A stretch of DNA of 64,000 nucleotides, from NCBI GenBank assembly GCA_032718475.1, contig JAUCBJ010008261.1, forward strand, positions 55,372 through 119,371. Direction: 5' to 3'. Shown one piece after another: positions 50,529 to 63,075 of the stretch (position 1 is the stretch's first letter; every line of letters begins with the position of its first letter). The notes below the pieces were generated by a model. That model ran no database searches. It had not been told where the DNA came from and was given only the letters and a program-made list of their open reading frames with translations. This DNA comes from Nemertoderma westbladi. Its lineage: Eukaryota > Animalia > Xenacoelomorpha. The translations under genes and the position numbers were made by a program.

Positions 50529-51387
50529 TAGTAGTAGTAGTATCGGCATGTCCTTAATCAGAACCTCATCAGTCTGTCCAGTCTTCTTTCGGTGCTCTTG
50601 AACACCCACTGCGCTAAGAGAAAGCTTATCTGCCAAGGCAGTCAGCTCACCTTGTCGCATTGGGGACCCGAGTGTTAGGGTGTTTACTGAGGCTAGTCTA
50701 GTGACTTGCCTCAGATTCACCAATGGCTTTGTTGGTCGGGGGGGAACATGAGAGTAGCCTCCAACTCCAGAATCCTTCTCCCCCTCACAATCTGGCCTCC
50801 CTGGTGACCCAGGGTTTGGGCCAGAAAGGTCATCAGGAAAGGGACTCAAAGAATTGTTGTCTTCTCTCTCTCCAGTAGGGGGTGATACAGGCAGCCAGTC
50901 AGGAGATAACTGACGCCTGTGAGGCCGATTGTGTCCGGTAATTCCACTGGCCGGACCTCCGCATTACTAATGTAATCCATAGTGGGGGGTTGGGGGTGCT
51001 TTTTTTTGCCGAGTCAGCTCTCGGGGCAAATACCACACCCTGGTTTGCCGTTCCACAGGGTGGGTGTCGCAGTGGAGTCAGATATGAGGCCCATCACCCA
51101 TATCTACTCTGGCGCACATGACCCACCATTGGCTGTGCAGCTCATCTGCTGGATCATGCCCTGTACCCCTGCTGCCAGGTGCAGGTCGCAGTGAAGTGTA
51201 CTCAGAGTGGACATGAGAACACTCTACTCCTGACCAGCCATTGGTAGATCACCATCTGCCTGGCCAGGCCATATACCCCTGCAGCCAAGTATATGGGTCC
51301 TTATTCCAGGACCAACGGCGTCCTTATCCCAGAACGATGGGGGTCCTAGTTACAGGACCAGATTTGCCCTAGTAAGAGGGTCTATGC
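50529..51387 (-). mobile_element. Bipartite mini-RTE: ~840 nt of 5' end joined directly to the 3' tail
   Basis: Matches 6112-6694 plus a segment deleted there; joined at catg to ccgatactactactacta, the family 3' terminus (cf. catgccgatcctagtag at 52789). Confidence 0.8.
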
Positions 51388-52339
51388 TAGCACCACATTT
51401 TGCACCCACTTCCGAAAAATACAAGTTTGAGATGTCTAGTTCTATAATTATATATTCCATTGAATTCAGAACAGCCATAAACCTCTAACGCAAGAAATAA
51501 ATTGTCACAAGCAATTTTATCTATTGAATGGATTTTCAAAATTTCGTGCTAGCACCAAAATTTTCACACAACACCGAAAAATACATGTTTGATACGCTTG
51601 GTGCAACTCGTATATATTCCATCGAAACCAGAACCCAAAAATCCCCAATTGCGTAAAAAACAAGTTTCAAACAATTAATTTACAACATAGACATATTTGA
51701 AAATTTGGTGCTGGCATCAAAATTTGGCACCCGCCGAAAAAAACAAGTTTGAAATTTCTAAATTAATTTATATGAATTCCACCCAATTGCTAACATCAAA
51801 AAACAGGTGTAAATCAAAAATAGAGATGTTACAAATCATATTTAATGAAATGCAATTTTCAAAAAACGTCTCAAAAAAAGTGCCAAAAGTAGGGTTAAAA
51901 AATGGTGCTTTAATTCGAAAACTACCCAATATTTTTGTAAACGGTTTTTACTACTAGGAAGACAATAGATTTTTAGGAAAAGTCATAAAATTTCAGATTC
52001 CCAACTGCGTTTGTTTCAGAATTATTATAAAAAAACCACGGGGGGGGGGGGGGGGTCATAATGACCCCCCCCCCCCCCCCGGGATTAATAGGGTTAACCA
52101 TAATTCTACCAAATTTTTGATTATGATAATCTTTATAGTATCCATGGTATGGACTGCGTTAATTTCCAGTTACAATGTTAGTTTCATAAGATGGTCCTGT
52201 TCTTTTCCAAACAAGGACCGTGCAAGATCTGCACCAATTAAAGTACCCATACTCCCTGTGTCCATAACAGGTTGTTATAATAGTAGTATAACATAATAGG
52301 TTGCTTTTCAGAATTAATCGGAAAATTAAGGTCCAATTA

Positions 52340-52810
52340 TTTAGAACAGCAGAAGTTCCAGTACTCTTCCATGGGAGTCCATGCTGGGCTCTTACTGCTG
52401 AGGACACCAAATCTCTGGATGGCTAGAATGCTACGCCGAGTTCACTGTTTCAAGTACAATGCACACATCTCCAACCAGACACAATATAACATTGAAGGTT
52501 TCTCATTTGTTCCCCAAAGCTTGACACTAGAACAAAGCTGCCTATGCTTTGCAGGACATTGCTTGCGCCATGAGGACCAGCCAGTGCATAATCTTCTTGG
52601 GCTTTGGCAGCCTCATGGAGTGAATAAACATGGTGGACAGCCCATGACATTCTTGAGATGAAGCTTAAAGGACACTGGCCTTCAAGATGCGGATGATCTA
52701 GCAAATGTCATGGGTGATAGCGAGCTGTGGTGGCGCAATTTTGTCGACAAACCGGCACAGCATTCTTAAAAATGCAGCTGCAATGCAGCATGCCGATCCT
52801 AGTAGTAGTA
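52340..52810 (+). pseudogene. RTE 3' fragment with (TAG)n tail
   Basis: CFAGHCLRHEDQPVHNLL..WQPHG; ends gccgatcctagtagtagta. Confidence 0.85.
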
Positions 52811-53865
52811 TTGTACTAATTGTAGCTAATTGTAGCTAATTGTAGCTAATTGTGTAAGCATAGCGTTTTCTTGTTGCATTATTGTTGAAGTCTTATTATC
52901 TGAGTGATTGGCACTCTTTTCTGGGCTGATGGTCAGGAGATGTGTGCTTACTTCGTCCTCAAGTAAAATTTATAAATGTGTCCATGTCCATTGCCTGTGT
53001 TGCCTTTTGCATATCATAGCAAGTTGGTCCCATCTAGAGCCAATGGAACACGATTAGTTAACAATGACAGGAGGAGAGCCTTATTAAAGGCAAACCTTAC
53101 TGTAGCTAAGAAACAGGCATGGTGTAGTCGTACTAAATCTTTAGTTTATGCAATATTAACTATACTGTATTGAACGACCATATAATATTTTGTCTCTTTT
53201 GGCCAATGAGACGAAATTTAAGACCTTAGCCTAACAAATTTTGTTTCATCTGACTAATGAAATGAAACTTATTACTGGCAAACTTTCTCTCATCTAGCTA
53301 ATGAGAAAAGGATTTCGACTGACGAATTATTTTCTCATATAGTCAATTAGAAACTATTTCTGACTTTAGACTAGACACAGGACTGATTTACGAGCATCAG
53401 TATAATTATATAAACGTGTACAGAGTAAATATACATACGGAAGAGATACTTGGGTCAATGTATACATGGGTGCGTATGCGACTCGTAAAATAAAGAAAAT
53501 ATTTTATTTAAAGTGATATTTGAATCGCGACTTTGGACAAGAACAACCAATATAATTATTACTTACGACGACTTAATTATATAAGTGTATACAGAGTGTT
53601 ATGCAGCAGTGTTTAAAGTATGTAAGTAGTGTATGTAGGCCTATGCGAAAGAATGCTATTAAATCAATGCTCAGTGAAAAATGAGTAACATTAGTGTGTG
53701 AGGTGTAAGAGTACTGCAAGCGATATTGAAAATTAAAATTGATTTAGGAATGGCGAATATTGAATCTACAGGTACAGGTGATGATGAGTTCTCAATCCGT
53801 AGGGCAATTAAATGTATGTGCCGAAGAACATGGCTTAAACCCAGCTTAGAAATTCTACGAGATTG

Positions 53866-55316
53866 TAATACTAGGATCGGTATACTGCATTGAAGCTGCA
53901 TTATTCAAGAAAGCTGAGCCGGCTTGTCGTCAAAATTGCGCCGCCACAACTCCCTATCACCCATAACATTTGCAAGAGCATCCGCATCTTCAAGGCCAGT
54001 GTCCTTTAAGATGCGTCTCAAGAAAGTCATGGGCTGTCCACCATGCTTATTCACTCCATGAGGCTGCCAAAGCACAAGATTATGCACTGGCTGGTCCTCA
54101 CGGCGAAAGCAATGTCCTGCAAAGCGGAAGCGACATTGTTCTAGTGTCAATCTTGGGGGAACCAATGAGACACCTCCAATGTTATATAGTGTCTGGTTGG
54201 AGATGCGTGCATTGTACTTGACACAATGAACCCGGCATAGCATTCTTGTGAATGTGCCATCCAAAGATTTGGTGTCGTCAGCAGTTAGAGCCCAGGATGG
54301 ACTCCCATAGAGGAGTACTGGAACTACTGCTGCTCTAAATAATCGGACCTCAAGTTTCCGATTAATGATCTGTGACTTACAAATCCTGGAAGCCTATTCA
54401 AGGCTGCCCATGCATTTCCCTTACGTATTCGAAGGTCCTCATCTGACTTCCGGATCCATGATACCAGGTAACAGAAGTCGTCCACATGCTCAAGCATACG
54501 ATCATTTGAGCTTATGCTCATCCGGTCAGAGACTTTCTGGGGACTTTCAAAGTTAACTGTCAAAATTTCGGTCTTTTTGGAGTTAATAAAAAGACCAACA
54601 CTAGAAGCAGCCTGTTATAATGAGCTGATGAGCCATTGGGCTCCCTCTAGTGATTCTGAGAGTACTCCTAAGTCTTCGACTTAGATTTCCTCGACTTCTG
54701 GAGCCAGTTGGTGGAGTTACCATCACCCCATCATCATTATGATGATCTAAGGACATGCGTAGAACATTGTCAACCACAATTATGAACAAGAATGGCACCT
54801 TGAGTGTCACCTTGGAGGACTCCCCATAATACTTCAAATGGTTATGTCTCACCATCAACAGTAGACACAAATGTTGTCGAACCATCGTATACTGATCTGA
54901 TTGCTGCAATAATTTCATCAGGAATCCCATATACATGAGCGAGAGACTGAATCAAAGGCCTTAAAGAAGTCAACAAAGATAACAGCCTGATGCCTGTCTT
55001 TCTTTTTTGATAACTCTTCAATTATCCTTCTAAGTGCCAAAATTGGCTCCATGGTCCCACGACCTTTACGGAACCCATTCTGATTTCCACGGAGCAGTCT
55101 CTCAATGGGATCCCTGATGCGATTTAATAGAATCCTATTGTATAGCTTTGCAGCAATCGAGATCAATGAGATTCCCCGAAAAGAACCATAGAGTGTTAGG
55201 TTTCCCTTCTTGGGAACTGGCACCAACTTATTTGTTTTCATTTCTTGTGGGACTCTTGTTGTTCGGTACATGTCTACTATGATAGGATAGATGAGCTTTA
55301 AACACTCAGGTATTTT
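53866..55316 (-). pseudogene. RTE RT/3' fragment, paralog of 32995-34015
   Basis: VPVPKKG, NQNGFRKGR, FVDFFKAFD, PFLFIIVVD, RFRFAGHCFR. Confidence 0.88.
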
Positions 55317-55339
55317 GTGATAACTACTACTGTGATAAC

Positions 55340-56560
55340 TAAAGGAGGGAGACCATGCTAGCGGAGTCTGTGGCAGCCCACTTGGCGGTGAGATACAGTA
55401 GACCAGGGTGTGGCGGCCATAGTAGAATAATTATTGGTTCCTGCTTTATATCGTTGGCGAGTTTTAAATGTCTTGATGGCATCTTCTCTGACTGATTGCG
55501 AATGTTCTTTTGCAAGAATATTTGCGAAGACATTGCACACTGCACTGTAGTGAAAATAGTAGAAGAATATGAATGGCGTTGACAGCCAATTTCTAATGAT
55601 GGACTATTTCCAAGAATATGTTGCAATATAGCAAGTGCTGCTGGTCGAAATGGGAGAGAACGCCCGCGCAGTAGTGTCTCCACTTGTGCCAAAACTAAAA
55701 AAGAATCTTTGACAATCTCGCGGAGATTCGTTGCTGGATATGTTTATCCCCCTTGATTGAGTAGATCGAAGAATGGCCGGTCGGTTGCTCTTGATGATGT
55801 ATCCTCAGCAATGGTATCGTTGCATGTTTTGCAAGAATGGCCGGTCGGTTGCTCTTGGTGATGTATCCTCAGCAATGGTATTGTTGCATGTTTTGTATTT
55901 AATGCTTTTTAGTAGTTTGTGAGCAATGTAACCAGCAACGCATACGGTGGCTTCCTTTGTGGCTTCATCTGTTTCGTATACGAATTCAATATGATCCACG
56001 CTTTCACAGAGTTCCGTGTAATTGTTAGTTTTACTTTCCTCGATAACTTTTTCCAACGATATGCTCTCCTTTAGTATTGATTTCATTCGCAATATATTTT
56101 CAGAGCGCAAAACCTCCATTAAACTTACCAAAAATCGGCCTCCACTCATCTGTCTGTACTTCGAGTAATGACGCTCCAATGGATCAGTTTGCAATTTTCC
56201 GGTAAGCACATACTCAAAGCTGCTATCGAGTAACTCGGTACACAAGTTGGCAATACCCCGGTTTGTCTGAATCAAGGCGCTTCTAGTTTCTTTAGTTTTA
56301 ACAACTTATGAGCTGGTTTTTCAAGCCAATCAGAAAAGTTGTTCAGAAAGTCAACTTTTCTTTCCATCGCCTTTCACCATCATCGCATTGCCAATAGCTA
56401 GAGGATGGAATCTCTCTTTTGCGTGAACACGATCCAGTTTTTATACTGGGCTGAGTCATGCGAAGGGAAACCGAACATAGATATGGATTCAACTGCTGTG
56501 GACAAACCTCTTCCGAAGGAACTCTTTTTGTATCCAGACCTGCATCCTTTCACATTACAA
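55340..56560 (-). pseudogene. P-element/THAP9-like transposase fragment
   Basis: YVLTGKLQTDPLERHYSKYRQMSGGRFLVS and VAGYIAHKL motifs; small internal tandem duplication at 55771-55890. Confidence 0.8.
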
Positions 56561-56983
56561 ACTCCTACATCAAATATAGAAATAGGTGATCATCAATTAG
56601 TCAGCTTTAATATTTTATACCTACAACAGCGCCCTAATTCCACATGTGGTAATTTTTTTGTTTGGCAAAATGGTAATCCCGTATTTCGACATGAGTTTAG
56701 CTGTCTTAAATAGAACACTGTTATTTAATAACCCCCCCACCAATAATGCATACAAATCGCATAGCTTTAGGATTGGTGCGGTCACTGCATGGTCATAAAC
56801 ATTGATATTTGCAGTAATGTTATGGACCATAAGCAGGCCATTGATATTCTTAAAGAACAGATACGTGAATACAAAGAAAATCAGGATTTAGAAGATATTG
56901 CAGAAATCAGTTCAGATGATATACAATATATCTAACATAAAAATATTTTAAATTAAAGTATGAAATATGCTAACATAACTTAC

Positions 56984-57106
56984 CAGTGCATGATTCACCA
57001 TCACCAGAATAGCCATTATTGCATTCACATGTGAATGAACCAACAGTATTTGTGCAGCTGGCATCGGAGTGGCAGTTATCAGTATTGATATCACATTCAT
57101 CAATAT
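56984..57106 (-). CDS. Host gene exon (2nd): cbEGF module, nucleotide-identical to 35351-35473
   Basis: 123 nt, ctgcag/gtaagt, phase 1-1. Confidence 0.93.
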
Positions 57107-57748
57107 CTGCAGCATAACATATGGTTTAATTAATTAAATATTAAGAGGAACGACACCACATGGCGGTGCAACTTTGTTGATAAGCCGGCATAGCATTCTT
57201 AATGCACGCTGCATTAGGCTTGCCAATTGTAGATGCATGGTGTTGGTAAAATTATTTTGGTAAGCCGTAGCATCTCAATGTGCAGTTTCAATGCAGCAGG
57301 TCGATTATAGTAGTAGTAGTAGTTTGTAATCCGTCTTCCTAATGATATTGATTCCTCTCGCAATGCTATCAAAACAAATTCCCCGCACTTTCTAACCTTA
57401 CGAACTCTAATTACAACATAATAATTACTGGCGACACTAATGTAGACTTACTAGACCCTAAAGACAAACCACATGAATACATTAACCTATTAAATACTTA
57501 CGGCTTCTTACAATTAATAAACGCACCTACGCGACTCACTCCCTGGACCGAATCCCTTATAGATCACATTTTTACAAACATTACAATACAACATCCACAA
57601 CCACGTCTGGCACTTTTCGAGTTAAAATTGGCACCTCAGATCATCAACCAACCTTCACACTTTTTCATAACTATTCTTGTTTTTTCAAAAATCCAGAGCA
57701 AAATACAATTTTAGATTTCTCCAAATTTAACAAAGTAAATGTTCTTAA

Positions 57749-57759
57749 CCCTATTACAC

Positions 57760-57790
<31 letters not shown>

Positions 57791-59337
57791 TCAATATGAC
57801 CCCCCCCCCCGTGGATTTTTTATTATAATTCTGAAACAAACGCAGTTGGGAATCTGAAATTTTATGACTTTTCCTAAAAATCTATTGTCTTCCTAGTAGT
57901 GAAAACCGTTTTCAAAAATATTGGGTACTTTTCGAGTTATAGCACCAATTTTTTAACCCTACTTTTGGCACTTTTTTTGAGACGTTTTTTGAAAATTACA
58001 TTTCATTAAATATGAATTGTAACATCTCTATTTTTGATTTACATCGGTTTTTTGGTGTTAGAAATTGGATGGAATTCATATAAATTGATTTAGAAATTTC
58101 AAACTTGTTTTTTTCGGTGGATGCCAAATTTTGGGGCCAGCACCAAATTTTGAAATATGTCAATTTTGTAAATTGATTGTTTAAAACTTGTTTTTTACGC
58201 AATTGGGGTTTTTTGGGGTTCTGGATTCGATGAAATATATACGAGTTGCACCAAGCGTATCAAACTTGTATTTTTCGGTGCTGTGTGCAAATTTTGGTGC
58301 TAGCACGAAATTTTGAAAATCCATTCAATAGATAAAATTGCTTGCGACAATTTATTTCTTGCGTTTTAGAGGTTTATGGCTGTTCTGAATTCAATGGAAT
58401 ATATAATTATCGAACTAGACATCTCAAACTTGTATTTTTCGGATGTGGGTGCAAAATGTGGTGCTAGCACCAAATTTTGAAAACCATCAAATATATCAAT
58501 TGATTGTGTCACCTTGTTTCTTGCGTTATACGGGTTTGTGATGGTTCTGAATTCAATGGAATCAGTAAAAATTTCATAAGAGTTCTCAAACTTGTATTTT
58601 TCGCCGGTGGGTGAAAATTGTTGTGCCAGCACCAAATTTTGGAAAATATGCAAATTGATCAGTAGATAGTATCACCTTGTTTCTTGCGTTATACGGGTTT
58701 GAGGGTCCTGAATCCGATGGAATCAATAAAAACAGCACTGGACATCGCAAAATTGTACTTTTTGGTGATGGGTACGAAATTTGGTGCTAGCACCAAAATT
58801 TGCCAAATTACGCCGAAAAATACAAGTAGCAATGATCTGGCATATTAGAAATGTATTCCATTAGAATCAGCGCCCTCGAAAACCTGAAAATGTGAATTTA
58901 TAGCATCGTATAAGTGAATTAAAAATTTTGTGTTCTAACTGAAAAGTGCTGGTTACTTGTTTTTTTCATTTTTTTCCTATGCAGAGAGGACTAAACAGCC
59001 ATTTATAGTAATCATATCATTTTTAAATATTTTCCAATGTATTTTGCACCCCAGAAAACCTGTATTGAAAAATAATTAGCCGAAAATGTAACTTTCAAAT
59101 TTTGTGAAAATTGTGCTCTACTTGTAATTTTGGTGCTGCAATATAACCACCCCAGTACAATTTTTCGAAAATTTTTTTTTTCGGTTGGATCCAGACAAGT
59201 GATACCTACGTACAAACAAAAAATCAGACGTTTTCGTAAATATTTGTAGATTTTAGAGGGGGGGGGGGGGGGGGGGGGGGTCAATATGACCCCATCCCGG
59301 TATTTGTACAACATTTTATAGCCCGGTACTAATAGGG
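57749..59337. mobile_element. Non-autonomous piggyBac element, opposite orientation to 49547-52093
   Basis: TTAA-CCCTATTA...TAATAGGG-TTAA; the paralogous empty site tcttaaagat at ~36113 has a single TTAA. Confidence 0.93.
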
Positions 59338-61565
59338 TTAAAGATATTCAATCGGCTTCGAGTTGGTCATATACTTCGAATAAAATTAAAAAAATAGACA
59401 AATTTGATATTTTTGATAAACATTTAGAAAAAATTTGTGAAAAAAATGTTCAGAAAAAATAGTATCACCTCGAAAAATGCCCGATAAACCTTAGATGACT
59501 GAATCTCTTGTATCCAGTACCATACAAAAAAATAAGTTATACCGGAAGTACTTAAAAAACCCAACAGAATCAAAACACTCAATAATTAAAAATTAACATC
59601 TCAACGTTCAGCAGAAAAAATATACTACCATAAACAATTTCAAGAGAACTCAAACAACATAAAAAAACATGGTTGATTATAAACTCTGCTCTATCTAAAT
59701 CTAAGAAATTAAACATTCCACGTCAGTTAACAGTTCGATCAGATAATGCAATAGAAACTATCACCGATCCTTCCAGAATAGCAACTATTCTAAATAATCA
59801 TTTTGCAACGATAGGACCACTACTTAATAAAAAAATCCCTTCATCAAACCGCTCCCCACTGCGCCATATCCAACACTCTAACAGACATTCTAACTCTTTT
59901 TCATTAGTAGAAACTTCACCTGTAGAAGTGCAATACTACCTTCTTCATCTCAATCCTAAATCCGCTTCTAATGATACTCTTCCAACTAAACTTATAATGT
60001 TAGCAGATCAACCTATTTCTATCCATCTCAATTACTTAATAAACCTCTCCATCTCTCTCGGCTTTTTTCCAGATTCACTTAAATTGCGAAAATTATCCCA
60101 TCTTTCAAATCTGAAGACCCATCCGATCCAATCAATTATAGACCCATATCCCTTTTGCCTGTCCTTAGTAAAATAATAGAATAAATAATCAATTCACAGT
60201 TACTTTCATATCTCAATAAATTCTCAATTATCTCATTCTCCCAATATGGATTCCGTCATAAAATCTCAACTTCTCATGCACAAACTTTCAGTAGTTGAAA
60301 AAATCCATCACCTTAGATGATAAGAACTCAACATGCGCCATTTACATAGACCTGAAAAAAGCATTTGACACCATCAATCACGAGATTCTTCTCAAAGAAC
60401 TGAAAAGTAATGAAAAGTAAAGAAAAGCAAAGAATGTTATTGTTACGTTATCCGCGGCATCCCCTTACAATTAATAACTAGTTTTTTATCATCTATTCCG
60501 ATTTGTTTCTATCTCTAATCATCATTCATCCCTTCTATCTCAAACCTGTGGTATGCCGCAAGGCGGGGTTCTGTCACCATTACTATTCCTTCTATATATT
60601 AATGACCTACCTAAATGTACTGACCTACTAACTACTCTCTTTGCCGACGATACGACTCTCTTTCAGTCAGCAAACAATATAACGAACCTAATTACTGATA
60701 CAAATATATAATTTAACAAGCTAAGCTGTCTGATTGTTTGATCGATAATCGCCTCTCTCTAAATCTCTCCAAAACTGAATATACTATCTTTACGATCTAC
60801 TGGCAAAATTTAGACAATTTACCTCCAATAAAAATAAATTCCAATAATGTAAAAAATCCAAAAAAAAAAATGTACAAAATTCTTAGGCATATATGAAGAC
60901 AATAAACTCTCATGGAAACCTCACATAAAATATATTACTAAGATAATCTCTAGAACTTGAGGCATTTTTTATAGATTCCGCCATATTTTTCCTCTGAATA
61001 TTCTATGTCAGCTGTACTTTACTTTGATACACCCCTATCTATCCTATGGACTAATTCTGTGTGGGAGTACGTACTCTACTATAATAAAACCGCAAAAGCG
61101 TACTAAAGTAAATAAATTAATCAGATGCATAACATTTTCTCAATATCAAGCCTCTTCAGATCCCATTTACAAAACACATCACATTCTACCTCTTAATCTA
61201 CTATATAAACATCAACTAGCGCTCATCATGTATGACATAAATAACTCTCTATCCAGTATTACTGATATAGGAAATTTTTTTAGAAAAACTGAACCAATAC
61301 AGAAGTACCCTACGAGCTCTTCCTCTCGTGGTGATTATTACATACAAACTGCCCGACTCACGTCTACCCAACAATCCGTAAGCTTCCAAGGCCCCCTGAT
61401 CTGGAATGTCATCCCACCCTATATCCGTGAAAATAAATCCAAAGTTTCATTTTACCGAACATACAAAAAATTACTGTTCTCTAAAATATAATAGGTCTCC
61501 ACTAATTCCATTTATTTAATCTCAAAAAGTCCTTTACTATATCCTTCCCTCACTCTATATTATTA

Positions 61566-62636
61566 TTAGGAGCCCGCTTGACAGCGGTATACTTACTGTA
61601 AGAATCTCAGGGATACTTTCTGAAAAAATCTCAGGATATATAACACTGACTGACTGACTGACTGATAATTATCCAGGTTCAGGCACTTCCTGCCTGGCGA
61701 TTTTGGTGAAATTTTGCAAGTACATTGCTTTGGTGGTTCATAATCGCGTTACAAAATTTCAGATCGATTCTATGTGTGGTATTTGATATATTTAGTTTTT
61801 TGACATTATTTTGTCGCGAAATTAAAAGCAATGGTAAAATAACAGCTGGTGTTCATGATGAAATATGGCTTAATATGTTATACACAGTCATAGTAAAACG
61901 TGTTGGTTGCCAAGTTTTACTAGTAGGCTATAAGGAAAGGCAATGTTTACTCGCACATAAGCTGTTGGTTTCTAATGTATTACGCCATAAGCTGATTGCT
62001 CTCCCAGTGCTTCCTAACGGTATATCTACAATAAGGTTACTCACTCTGCTATGTTAGGGGGTGGATCAGGAGAATGAATTTTAGTTACACAAAGCAGTGT
62101 GTTGTGTCCTATTGCAGTTGGTACTCACTGTGGATTGCAAAATGTTTTATACTGTAGTTGACCTACACTATATAATACAGTAGTAGTTGCATGTATTTAA
62201 GGAGCCCGCTCTGGCCTACCTCCTAACTTAGCAGGAGTATATTACATATTCACATAGAATTCACTGGGAAGAGATATTCCGCTTGACGACGGGGTAAACC
62301 TATAGAAGGAAACTAAATTTGTTATTTGGCTCTATTCGTTGTTATTTATCTGGTTGTGCATCATGGGCATTTTTTATAAATATTTGGTAATCTTATCTTA
62401 TACTGTATCTTGTAAACGTGCTTGATAATGAAGTTATTTGCTTCATATTATATTTTTGTTAGTGGTAGCTAAATTGCATTTTTTATTATGTGGGCGAGCC
62501 ACAAAGTCAGCTAGCCTCACGCCTTGCAGTTTAGACAATTTTAGTCTGACTTCATCTGACTGACACAGTTCTTTGTAATAGTCTTGGCTAGGATTTTTCC
62601 CCCGGGCTCCTTCCAGCCAGCTTGCTGGCTTTCTAG
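61566..62636 (+). mobile_element. Non-autonomous Helitron/Helentron-type element
   Basis: Inserted between A and T with no TSD (empty site ctatattatta|tattcaaat at ~43381); ggagcccg/cgggctcc subterminal inverted repeat, hairpin agccagcttgctggct, CTAG 3' end, (ACTG)n near the 5' end. Confidence 0.8.
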
Positions 62637-62952
62637 TATTCAAATTTATAAAATAAATCCAAAATATTTTACTTCATGTCTGTTTCGCTAAATTCTAACA
62701 GACTAGACGAAATTCACAGGAAAAATTTTAAATTTTAAAATACTGTTATCTAAAGCATTAGTAAATTAGAAAAAAAAATTAAAATTATTTATTGTGTGCG
62801 ATTTAATTTTATTTGATAGATATGAAAGAAATTATTATACTTGATCCTGATACTCATAATTTTATTTGTATGGGCTCTCGGTGAATTTGATTATTGGTTG
62901 TTCACCAGATATAATTATTCAATATTCAATACTGTATGCTAATATAACTTAC

Positions 62953-63075
62953 CAGTGCACCAGTAACCATCACCAGAATAGCCATTATTGCATTCACATG
63001 TGAATGAACCGTAAGTATTAGTGCAGCTGGCATCAGAGTCGCAGTTATCAGTATTGGTATCACATTCATCAATAT
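62953..63075 (-). CDS. Host gene exon (1st in window): cbEGF module (D)[40 protein letters not shown]
   Basis: 123 nt, ctgcag/gtaagt, phase 1-1. Confidence 0.93.

Larger units (their letters stand above)
49547..52093. mobile_element. Non-autonomous piggyBac element with internal ~163-bp repeats, carrying two nested insertions
   Basis: TTAA-CCCTATTA ... TAATAGGG-TTAA; inverted copy at 57749-59337. Confidence 0.9.
57330..62930 (+). pseudogene. Degenerate Crack/L2-like LINE ORF2 (paralog of 35700-43680) interrupted by piggyBac and Helitron-like insertions
   Basis: Same motifs and shared lesions as the first copy. Confidence 0.85.
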
